From: Bacteroidales bacterium
GTDB taxonomy: Bacteria > Bacteroidota > Bacteroidia > Bacteroidales > Bacteroidaceae
Direction: 5' to 3'
Length of the DNA stretch: 62,446 nucleotides
NCBI GenBank assembly: GCA_022784065.1
Contig: JALFUO010000047.1
Coordinates: 1-62,446 of the forward strand
In this document: positions 47,305 to 55,854 of the stretch, in pieces
How positions within the stretch are numbered: the first letter of the stretch is position 1
How the letters are laid out: each line of letters begins with the position of its first letter
Position numbers and translations under genes: made by a program
The notes under the pieces: generated by a model
What the model was told of the DNA's origin: nothing
Databases searched by the model: none
What the model saw: only the letters and a program-made list of their open reading frames with translations

Positions 47305-48519
47305 ATGCGCGTTTCCCTGTTCATAGCCCGCCGCTATCTGTTCTCGCTCCGCTCGCTCGGCATCAGCACCGTGGTGAGCCTGATAGCCGTGCTCGGCGTG
47401 ACGGTGACGACGGCCGCCCTGTTTTGCACGCTCTCCGTGTTCAATGGTTTCGGCGATTTAGTGAAAAGCCTCTATACCGCTTTCGATTCCGAAATAAAGA
47501 TAACGCCGAAGACAGGCAAATACGTTTCCGCCGCCGACCCCACGCTGCAAAAAATGAAAAGCGCGGAGGGCGTGGCAGTGGCTTCCGAAAGCATAGAAGA
47601 TGCCGCCCTTATCCTCTTCACCGGCCGCCCCGCCGTGATTACGCTCAAGGGCGTGGACGGCAACTTCGACCGCTGCACCGGTATACGCAACATTCTCTAC
47701 GGCGAAAACGGCAGGTATCTGCTCCGCGCAGGCAACGTAGACTACGGCATACCCGGCATAGGGCTGGCAGGCATGATGGGGACAGTGGATTACGGCACGC
47801 TCGAAATCTGCGTGCCGCGCCGGGGCGAGCAGGTGAACCTCGCCAACCCCGCCGAAAGCTTCAACGTAGGCACGCTCGCCTCGCCCGGCGTTTGCTTCGA
47901 CGTCAATCAGAAAAAATACGACGACAGTTATCTCCTCACCTCCCTCGAATTTGCGCAGGAACTGCTCGAGCAGCCCGGCAACATAACCCAGTTGGAACTT
48001 AAATTAGCAGACGGGGTAGACGCTGCCGCCGTGAAGCGAAAATTGAAAGAAATCGGCGGCGAGAAATTTGAAGTGCTCGACCGCTTAGAGCAGCAGGGCG
48101 AGATGTACCGCATGATGCAGATAGAAAAACTGATGGCCTACATCTTCCTGAGCCTTATCCTCGTCATCGCCACCTTCAACGTAGTGAGCACCCTTTCGCT
48201 CCTCATGGTGCAGAAGCGCGAGGATCTTCAAACCATCGCCTGCCTCGGCGGCGACGGCAAGATGCTGCGCGGTATCTTCTTGAGTGCAGGCAGAATGATA
48301 TGCCTCATCGGCGGCCTGCTCGGCACGGGGCTCGGCGCCCTGCTCTGCTACATTCAGCAGGAATACGGCATCATACGCCTCGGCCAGTCGTCGGGCACGT
48401 TTATCATTGACTACTATCCCGTGAGCGTCCACCCCGCCGACGTGATATTGGTGCTGCTCACTGTCACGGGCTTAGGGTTCTTGTCCGTCCGCATCGCCGT
48501 GCATCGGCGTTTCAGATAA
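47305..48519 (+). CDS. ABC transporter permease, FtsX/LolE-like
   Basis: FIARRYL, LSVFNGF, periplasmic loop, three C-terminal TM segments. Confidence 0.85.
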   Translation: MRVSLFIARRYLFSLRSLGISTVVSLIAVLGVTVTTAALFCTLSVFNGFGDLVKSLYTAFDSEIKITPKTGKYVSAADPTLQKMKSAEGVAVASESIEDAALILFTGRPAVITLKGVDGNFDRCTGIRNILYGENGRYLLRAGNVDYGIPGIGLAGMMGTVDYGTLEICVPRRGEQVNLANPAESFNVGTLASPGVCFDVNQKKYDDSYLLTSLEFAQELLEQPGNITQLELKLADGVDAAAVKRKLKEIGGEKFEVLDRLEQQGEMYRMMQIEKLMAYIFLSLILVIATFNVVSTLSLLMVQKREDLQTIACLGGDGKMLRGIFLSAGRMICLIGGLLGTGLGALLCYIQQEYGIIRLGQSSGTFIIDYYPVSVHPADVILVLLTVTGLGFLSVRIAVHRRFR

Positions 48520-48749
48520 TCAAACGGGGAAAATAAGAGAAAAAAAGGCAGAAAAGTAACTTTTTCAATAAAAACCTTTTTTTGTTATAAGAAAATTCCC
48601 TACTTTTGAGGCACATACCGAGAAAATGCCCCTTTTCCTTATATGCTAACCAAGAAAAACACAGCCGGCATTAAGGAAATTTAAGAAGGAAGCATTTGCA
48701 TTCGCCGTATGTTTCTTTTCCACAGAAAACCTTATAATCTATTTCATCT

Positions 48750-50708
48750 ATGTGTTATTTAAGATTTGACAAGACGCAGATGACCAACCTTCAGGATTCC
48801 CTTTTCAAGGAGTTGCTGATAACGAACAGGTCGGGCGCGTATTGTTCTACGACCCTCGTAGGGTGCAATATCCGAAAATATCACGGACTCTTGGTCGTAC
48901 CCGTACCCGAGATTGACGACGAAAACCACGTGTTGCTTTCCTCGCTCGACGAAACGGTAATCCAGCACGGCGCAGAGTTCAACCTCGGACTGCATAAGTA
49001 TCAGGGCGAGAATTATAGCCCGAAGGGTCACAAGTATATAGTAAGTTTCGAGTGGGAGAAAGTGCCCACGTGGGTGTATCGCATAGGCGGCGTGCTGCTG
49101 AAAAAGGAAATTGCCTACGACACCACTACCTTCCGCCTCTACATCCGTTACACCCTGCTCGATGCCCACTCGGCAACCACCCTGCGCCTCAAGCCTTTCC
49201 TCGCTTTCCGCAGCGTAAGGCAGTGGACCCACGAGAACGGCGCTGCCAACACGGGCTTCGAAGCCGTGGAAAACGGTATCCGCATGTGTCTTTACCAAGG
49301 CTATCCCGACCTTTACATGCAACTCAACCATAAGGCAGAATGGCATCATCAGCCCGACTGGTATCGCGGGCTCGACTATCCGAAAGAGCGCGAGCGCGGT
49401 TATGATTCTTCCGAAGACCTCATGGTACCAGGTTATTTTGAAATGCCGATCAAGAAGGGCGAGAGCATCATCTTCACTGCTTCGCTCGCATCGGTTGCGC
49501 CGCGCCAGATGGGCAAACTCATGGACGCCGAAATAGCCGCCCTCGACAGCCGCGACAGTTTCTATCACTGCCTCGTCAACGCCGCCCACCAGTTTAAGGT
49601 GCAGAAGGACGGCGAGAATTATCTCCTTGCCGGCTATCCTTGGTTCAAGTGCCGCGCCCGCGACATGTTTATCGCCATGCCGGGCATCACGCTTTCCATC
49701 GGCGAGGTCGAGATGTACGAGAAATATATGGAAACCGCCGCGAAGGCTATCCGCAGTTACATCAATAAGGAGCCGCTCCCCGTGGCCATCTACGAAATGG
49801 AACAGCCCGACACGCTGCTTTGGGCAATCTGGTGCATACAGCAATATGGCAAATATGTTTCCCGCCAGAAGTGCAACGAACTTTATGGCGACTTGCTGCG
49901 CGAGATGATAAAGTTCATTCGCGACGGCAAGCACTCCAACCTCTTCCTGCATGACAATGGACTGCTCTACTCCAACGGTCGCGACCGCGCCGTGACGTGG
50001 ATGAACGCGCAGAGCAACGGCCGCCCCATCACCCCTCGCTCGGGATATATCGTAGAGTTCAATGCCCTGTGGTACAACGCGCTCAAATTCTACGAACAGA
50101 TACTTTCCGAAAATGGCAGCGACGAGAACAAGGCGCTTGCAGCGCAATTCGCAGCCGAGGCTGAGAAGACGGCCCGCTCGTTTAAGGAGGTGTTCCTCAA
50201 CGAATACGGCTATCTGCTCGACTATGTGGACGGGCAGATGATGGATTGGAGCGTGCGCCCCAACCAGCTCTTCGCCATCGCCCTCGACTTCTCGCCCCTC
50301 GACATGAAGGAGCGCAAGGGCGTGCTCGACATCTGCACCAAGGAACTCGTAACGCCCAAGGGCATCCGTTCGCTCTCGCCGAAGAGCGGCGGCTACAACC
50401 CCATGTATATCGGCCGTCAGGAGCAGCGCGACTTCGCCTACCATCAGGGCACGGCGTGGCCGTGGCTCACGGGTTTCTATCTCGAAGCCTACCTCCGCGT
50501 CTACCGCATGAGCGGCGTGAACTACATCGAGCGCCAGCTTATCGGCTTTGAAGAGGAACTCTTCTACCACTGCGTGGGCACCATTCCAGAACTCTTCGAC
50601 GGTAACCCGCGCTTCAGCGGCCGCGGCGCCATCTCCTTCGCCATGAACGTGAGCGGTATTCTGCGCGCTATCCGCCTGCTCGAAAAGTACAACAACGAGC
50701 TTGCCTGA
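48750..50708 (+). CDS. Glycogen debranching enzyme (amylo-alpha-1,6-glucosidase family)
   Basis: RKYHGLLV, AGYPWF, TWM, VEFNALWYNAL, RPNQ, YHQGTAWPW, IPELFDG; TACTTTTG at 48601. Confidence 0.88.
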   Translation: MCYLRFDKTQMTNLQDSLFKELLITNRSGAYCSTTLVGCNIRKYHGLLVVPVPEIDDENHVLLSSLDETVIQHGAEFNLGLHKYQGENYSPKGHKYIVSFEWEKVPTWVYRIGGVLLKKEIAYDTTTFRLYIRYTLLDAHSATTLRLKPFLAFRSVRQWTHENGAANTGFEAVENGIRMCLYQGYPDLYMQLNHKAEWHHQPDWYRGLDYPKERERGYDSSEDLMVPGYFEMPIKKGESIIFTASLASVAPRQMGKLMDAEIAALDSRDSFYHCLVNAAHQFKVQKDGENYLLAGYPWFKCRARDMFIAMPGITLSIGEVEMYEKYMETAAKAIRSYINKEPLPVAIYEMEQPDTLLWAIWCIQQYGKYVSRQKCNELYGDLLREMIKFIRDGKHSNLFLHDNGLLYSNGRDRAVTWMNAQSNGRPITPRSGYIVEFNALWYNALKFYEQILSENGSDENKALAAQFAAEAEKTARSFKEVFLNEYGYLLDYVDGQMMDWSVRPNQLFAIALDFSPLDMKERKGVLDICTKELVTPKGIRSLSPKSGGYNPMYIGRQEQRDFAYHQGTAWPWLTGFYLEAYLRVYRMSGVNYIERQLIGFEEELFYHCVGTIPELFDGNPRFSGRGAISFAMNVSGILRAIRLLEKYNNELA

Positions 50709-50813
50709 AAAAAATAGAGAGAGGCGGCAAAACTTATCATATACATATTATATATATAATAAGCCGCCGAAATTTTTTAGATAAAGAAAAGAGAACACAC
50801 AATACACGATACT

Positions 50814-52100
50814 ATGAAAGTATTAATGTTCGGTTGGGAGTTTCCCCCTCACATCTTGGGCGGACTCGGCACTGCCAGCTACGGCATCACCAAAGGCCTG
50901 TCGGTGCAGCCCGACATGCAAATAACGTTCTGCCTGCCCAAGCCTTGGGGCGACGAGGACAAAAGTTTTATGAACATCATCGGGCTGAGCACTACGCCCG
51001 TAGTGTGGCGCGATGTAGACTACGATTACGTGAAGCAGCGCCTCGGCGATAAGATGTCGCCCGAGCTCTATTTCTCCCTGCGCGACCACATCTATGCCGA
51101 CTTCAACTATCGCCTCACCGACGACCTGGGCTGCATAGAGTTCTCAGGCCGCTACCCCGAAAACCTGCACGACGAAATCAACAACTATTCCATCGTGGCA
51201 GGCGTCATCGCCCGCCAACAGGAGTTCGACATTATCCATGCGCACGACTGGCTCACCTATCCCGCAGGCATCCACGCCAAGAGCGTGAGCGGCAAGCCCC
51301 TCGTAATCCACGTCCACGCCACCGACTTCGACCGCTCGCGCGGCAACGTCAACCCCACGGTTTACAGCATCGAGAAAGACGGTATGGACCACGCCGATTG
51401 TATCATGTGCGTTTCCGAACTCACGCGCCAAACGGTCATCAACCACTACCACCAAGACCCCGCCAAGTGCATCACGATGCACAACGCCGTCTATCCCCTC
51501 TCCGACGACATCTTGCAAATGGTGCGCGAGCGCCGCGAAGGCCATAAGGGGCGCAAGGAAAAAGTGGTCACCTTCCTCGGACGCATCACGATGCAGAAAG
51601 GTCCCGAGTACTTCGTTGAGGCAGCCGCCCTCGTGCTCAAGCGCACCCACAACATTCGCTTCTGCATGGCAGGTTCGGGCGACATGATGAACGATATGAT
51701 CGAGATGGCGGCGCGCAAGGGCATAGCCGACCGCTTCCACTTCCCCGGCTTCATGAAAGGAAAGCAGGTGTACGAAGCCTTTGCCGACAGCGATGTCTAC
51801 GTGATGCCCTCCGTCAGCGAGCCCTTCGGCATTTCGCCCCTCGAAGCCATGCAGTGCGGCGTGCCCTCCATCATCAGCAAGCAGAGCGGCTGCGCCGAAA
51901 TCCTTGACAAGTGCATCAAGACCGACTACTGGGATATCCACGCTATGGCCGATGCCATGTATGCCCTTTGCACCAACGATTCGCTCCACGAATACCTCAA
52001 AGTGGAAGGCATCGACGAAGTGAACCGAATCACTTGGGAAAAAGTGGGACAAAAGATATTCAACGTTTATAGTGAAACCATAGCGCGTTGCAGCAATTGA
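50814..52100 (+). CDS. GT4 glycosyltransferase (glycogen cluster)
   Basis: GWEFPP..GGLG, HAHDWLT, GRITMQKG, SEPFGISPLEA. Confidence 0.9.
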   Translation: MKVLMFGWEFPPHILGGLGTASYGITKGLSVQPDMQITFCLPKPWGDEDKSFMNIIGLSTTPVVWRDVDYDYVKQRLGDKMSPELYFSLRDHIYADFNYRLTDDLGCIEFSGRYPENLHDEINNYSIVAGVIARQQEFDIIHAHDWLTYPAGIHAKSVSGKPLVIHVHATDFDRSRGNVNPTVYSIEKDGMDHADCIMCVSELTRQTVINHYHQDPAKCITMHNAVYPLSDDILQMVRERREGHKGRKEKVVTFLGRITMQKGPEYFVEAAALVLKRTHNIRFCMAGSGDMMNDMIEMAARKGIADRFHFPGFMKGKQVYEAFADSDVYVMPSVSEPFGISPLEAMQCGVPSIISKQSGCAEILDKCIKTDYWDIHAMADAMYALCTNDSLHEYLKVEGIDEVNRITWEKVGQKIFNVYSETIARCSN

Positions 52101-52200
52101 TTTTATCTTGAAAATTTCGGGACGTTCCGCCGAAAGAGCGAGAGAAACGCCCCCTTCCTAATCCGTCTACTACTAAAAACAATAAAATAAAGGAAACACC

Positions 52201-53679
52201 ATGAAAACCGTTTGTTTATATTTTGAAATCCACCAGAACATTCACCTGAAACGGTATCGCTTCTTCGACATCGGCACAGACCATTATTATTATGACGACT
52301 ATGAGAACGCCCGCTCCATCTCCGAAACGGCAGAGCGTTCCTACGTGCCCGCCCTCGCCGCGCTCATCGAAATGGCAAAGGCCAACCCCGGTTTCTTCAA
52401 GTGCGCCATTTCCCTTTCCGGCTGCGCCATCGAGCAGCTCGAAAACCATGCGCCGCAGGTCATCGAACTCCTCCAGCAACTCAACGAGACAGGTTGCGTG
52501 GAGTTCCTCGCCGAGCCCTATTCCCACGGCTTCTCTTCGCTCAAGAACGAAGAGTGCTTTAAGGACGAAGTGCAGCGCCTCTGCAAGAAGGTGAAACTCC
52601 TCTTCGGTAAAGAGCCCAAGATATTCCGCAACTCTTGCCTTATCTACTCCGACGAAATAGGTGAACTCGTGGCCGGTATGGGCTTCAAGGGCATGCTTGC
52701 CGAAGGCGCCAAGCACGTGCTCGGTTGGAAGAGCCCGCACTTCGTCTACAACTGCAACCGCGCCCCCAAGCTCAAACTCCTGCTGCGCGATTACAGCCTC
52801 TCCGAAGACATCAGCTTCCGCTTCAACGATTCCTCTTGGAGCGAATATCCCCTCTTTGCCGACACTTACGCCAACTGGATTGCACAGTTGCCCGAAGAAG
52901 AGCAAGTCATCAACATCTTCATGGAACTGTGCGCCCTCGGCATCTTCCAGCCCCTCTCGTCCAACATTCTCGAGTTCATGAAAGCCCTGCCCCAGCAGTT
53001 CAAGGAGCGCGGCATCACGTTCAGCACGCCCTCCGAAATCTGCGCCAAGATGAAGAGCGCGGGTCCGCTCGACGTGACCTATCCCACATCTTGGGTAGAC
53101 GAAGAGCGCGACCTCTCTCCCTGGCTCGGCAACATCATGCAGCGCGAAGCCTGCGACAAACTCTATAGCATCGCCGACCGCGTGCGCATCTGCCGCGACC
53201 GTCGCCTCATGCAGGACTTCGATTATCTCCAAGCCTCCAACAACCTGCGCTTCATGAGCACCAAGGCCAACAGTTACGGCGGTTACCGAGGTATCTACGA
53301 CTCGCCCTACGATGCCTTCACCAACTATATGAACATTCTCGGCGACTTCATCACCCGCGTCAACGACCGCTACCCCCTCGACATCGACAACGAAGAACTC
53401 AACTCCCTCCTCACCACCATCAAGAACCAGGGCGACGAACTCGCACTCAAAGACAAGGAGATAGAGAAACTCCACAATATGATCAGCCGCCTCGACAAGG
53501 GAGAAGAAGCCCCTGCTGAAAAGAAAGCAAAGCCCGCCGCTGCCAAGAAAGCACCCGCTAAGAAGGCAGCGCCCAAGGCAGCCGAAGCGGCAAAGCCCGC
53601 CGCTCCCAAGGCTAAGAAAGCTCCTGCCAAGAAAGCCGCCCCCAAGCAGGCAGCGCCGAAAGCGGAGGCCAATCAATAA
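52201..53679 (+). CDS. GH57 alpha-amylase-like protein with Lys/Ala/Pro-rich tail
   Basis: YFEIHQ, EPYSH, FRNSCLIYSD, SWVDEERDLSPWLGN; PAKKA-repeat tail. Confidence 0.88.
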   Translation: MKTVCLYFEIHQNIHLKRYRFFDIGTDHYYYDDYENARSISETAERSYVPALAALIEMAKANPGFFKCAISLSGCAIEQLENHAPQVIELLQQLNETGCVEFLAEPYSHGFSSLKNEECFKDEVQRLCKKVKLLFGKEPKIFRNSCLIYSDEIGELVAGMGFKGMLAEGAKHVLGWKSPHFVYNCNRAPKLKLLLRDYSLSEDISFRFNDSSWSEYPLFADTYANWIAQLPEEEQVINIFMELCALGIFQPLSSNILEFMKALPQQFKERGITFSTPSEICAKMKSAGPLDVTYPTSWVDEERDLSPWLGNIMQREACDKLYSIADRVRICRDRRLMQDFDYLQASNNLRFMSTKANSYGGYRGIYDSPYDAFTNYMNILGDFITRVNDRYPLDIDNEELNSLLTTIKNQGDELALKDKEIEKLHNMISRLDKGEEAPAEKKAKPAAAKKAPAKKAAPKAAEAAKPAAPKAKKAPAKKAAPKQAAPKAEANQ

Positions 53680-53710
53680 TATAATCTGAATAAAAAAAAT
53701 ACAAACAGCA

Positions 53711-54631
53711 ATGAATAAAAGATTTTTCACCGCAGGCCGCCTCATGGGCGCAATGCTCTGCCTCATGCTTGCTCTCACGGCCTTCTCTTCCTGCAGCGAC
53801 GACGACGACAAAGACGCACCCCGCCTCACCTCCGCCGTCATCAGCCTCGACCCCGCTGCCGGCATTACGCACAATTCCGCCGTCATTACGCTCCGTCTCG
53901 CCTCCGGCGAAGCGCTGGGCAAATACGATAAATACAACGTCAGAGTATGGACCGTAGACGAGGAAACAAATGAGGAAACCAACGTTTATAACGAAACATT
54001 CGTCGCCCCGCAAGAACTCGTCCAGAAGATAGAGCTCACCGGCCTCCTGCCTCAAACCACCTACAAATATCAGGCCACGGCATATACCGCCATCGGCACG
54101 CAGACGGGAGAATATCGCACGGCCATCGCATCTTTCACCACTCCCTCTCTTGAGGCAGAAGAAGAAGATGGCATTAGCGAAGGCGAGTTTATCGACCTCG
54201 GCACAGGCGTGGAATGGGCCAGCTGCAACCTCGGAGCAGCTTCGCCCGAGCAAAACCAATATTATTATGCCTGCAACGATGAAGTCGTGAAAGCCGAACT
54301 CGCTGCCGCAGCGCGCCGCCTGCCCACAGAGGCAGAACTCCAGGCCCTTATCGAGAAATGCAAATGGACATGGTACGAGCACAACGGCGTTTGGGGCTAC
54401 CGCGTAGCTTCCGCCGCCACTGGTAAGAGCATCTTCCTGCCTGCTGCAGGCATCTATTTGGAGGGAGCTGTCACCGGTGCGAGCAAGCAAGGCTATTATT
54501 GGATAGACAACAGCGAGCTCGGCGAAGACGCAACAACCGCCCGCGCATTCAACTTCAGCCAGGGTTGGAACAATATGTTCTACGACTATCCCATTCTCAG
54601 CGGGCTTGCAGTGCGCCCCGTGAAGAAATAG
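53711..54631 (+). CDS. Lipoprotein with FN3-like and C-type-lectin-fold (DUF1566/Fib_succ-like) domains
   Basis: Lipobox FSSC-SDDDD; LTGLLPQTTYKY; IDLGTGVEWASCNLGA, RLPTEAEL, SIFLPAAG, GYYW, GLAVRPV. Confidence 0.75.
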   Translation: MNKRFFTAGRLMGAMLCLMLALTAFSSCSDDDDKDAPRLTSAVISLDPAAGITHNSAVITLRLASGEALGKYDKYNVRVWTVDEETNEETNVYNETFVAPQELVQKIELTGLLPQTTYKYQATAYTAIGTQTGEYRTAIASFTTPSLEAEEEDGISEGEFIDLGTGVEWASCNLGAASPEQNQYYYACNDEVVKAELAAAARRLPTEAELQALIEKCKWTWYEHNGVWGYRVASAATGKSIFLPAAGIYLEGAVTGASKQGYYWIDNSELGEDATTARAFNFSQGWNNMFYDYPILSGLAVRPVKK

Positions 54632-54785
54632 CCGCGCCGCATAAAAAAGGGCAGAATAAAAAAGATAGAGAAAAGATAGGGGGCGTTCTATAAGCATTAT
54701 TATAGGACGCCCCTTAAACCTATCCGCTCCCGCAGCGTCATATATATATAATATGTACAGTCACAATATAATTCAATAAAAGAAA

Positions 54786-55655
54786 ATGAACACAAGCAGA
54801 ACAATCCTCATCGCAGCCCTCTCCCTCGTGCTGACCAGCTGCGTCGGCAAAAAGCAGTATGCCGAATTGCAAACCGCGCACAACGCCCTCAAAGACAAGT
54901 ACGCCGCGCTCGACAAAGACTATCAGGACGCAAAGGTACAGATAGCCGCCTTCACCTCCGACTCCAAAAGCCTCGCCGCCCGCCTCGCCGACGAGCAGCA
55001 GCGCAACCGCGACCTGCAAGCTGCCTACGGCAAACTTCAAACCTCCTACACCGAAAACGTGTCGCAGGGCAACGTGAACATCTCGAAACTGGTGGACGAA
55101 ATCAATGCCTCCAACAAGTTCATCAAGCAGCTCGTCGATGCCAAGTCCAAGAGCGACTCCCTCAACCAAGCCCTCACCAACAAACTCACCCGCTCCCTCA
55201 CGCGCGAAGAGATGAACGACGTGGACGTGCAGGTGCTCAAAGGCGTGGTCTACATCTCCCTGGCCGACAACATGCTCTATAAGAGCGGCAGCTACGAAAT
55301 CGGCGACCGCGCCGGTGAAACGCTCTCCAAGATAGCCAAAATCATCACCGACTATAAGGACTACGACGTGCTCGTGGAGGGCAACACCGACAACGTGTCC
55401 ATTTCGCAGAAAAACATCCGCAACAACTGGGACCTCTCCGCCCTCCGCGCCTCCTCTGTCGTGCAGGCCCTGCAAACGCAGTACGGCGTAGACCCCAAGC
55501 GCCTCTCGGCCGCCGGTCGCGGCGAGTACAACCCCCTTGCCGACAACGCCACCGAGAAGGGTCGCCAGCGCAACCGACGCACGCAAATCATCATCACGCC
55601 CAAACTCGACCAGTTTATGGACCTCATAGACCAGGCCCCCGAGGGAGAGCAATAA
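54786..55655 (+). CDS. OmpA/MotB family peptidoglycan-binding lipoprotein with coiled coil
   Basis: LTSC lipobox; VEGNTDN, NWDLSALRA, AGRGEYNP, NRR. Confidence 0.9.
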   Translation: MNTSRTILIAALSLVLTSCVGKKQYAELQTAHNALKDKYAALDKDYQDAKVQIAAFTSDSKSLAARLADEQQRNRDLQAAYGKLQTSYTENVSQGNVNISKLVDEINASNKFIKQLVDAKSKSDSLNQALTNKLTRSLTREEMNDVDVQVLKGVVYISLADNMLYKSGSYEIGDRAGETLSKIAKIITDYKDYDVLVEGNTDNVSISQKNIRNNWDLSALRASSVVQALQTQYGVDPKRLSAAGRGEYNPLADNATEKGRQRNRRTQIIITPKLDQFMDLIDQAPEGEQ

Positions 55656-55680
55656 AAACAAATAATACTTTCTATATTCA

Positions 55681-55729
55681 AAACCAAAACCGCCCTGACG
55701 CACATCGCTGCGCAGGGCGGTTTTGGTTT
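55681..55729 (+). terminator. Intrinsic terminator
   Basis: AAACCAAAACCGCCCTG...CAGGGCGGTTTTGGTTT. Confidence 0.8.
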
Positions 55730-55764
55730 ATATAGTTTTCTGCTTAATAATATATGCGAAAATG

Positions 55765-55821
55765 CTTCACAGAAACTTAACCGCCCTGTAACAATGCCGT
55801 AACCGAGCCGCCATAATTTTG
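55765..55821 (+). promoter_or_regulatory. Pho-box-like 11-bp direct repeats plus -7 element
   Basis: CTTCAC (55765), CTTAAC (55776), TGTAAC (55787), CGTAAC (55798) at exact 11-bp period; TAATTTTG 55814-55821. Confidence 0.6.
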
Positions 55822-55854
55822 CAGCATCAAAATAATTAGGATTTATTGTTTTTT

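Noticed and set aside
53711-54720. Complete diversity-generating retroelement
   Set aside because: No reverse transcriptase, avd-like gene or template repeat seen in the window
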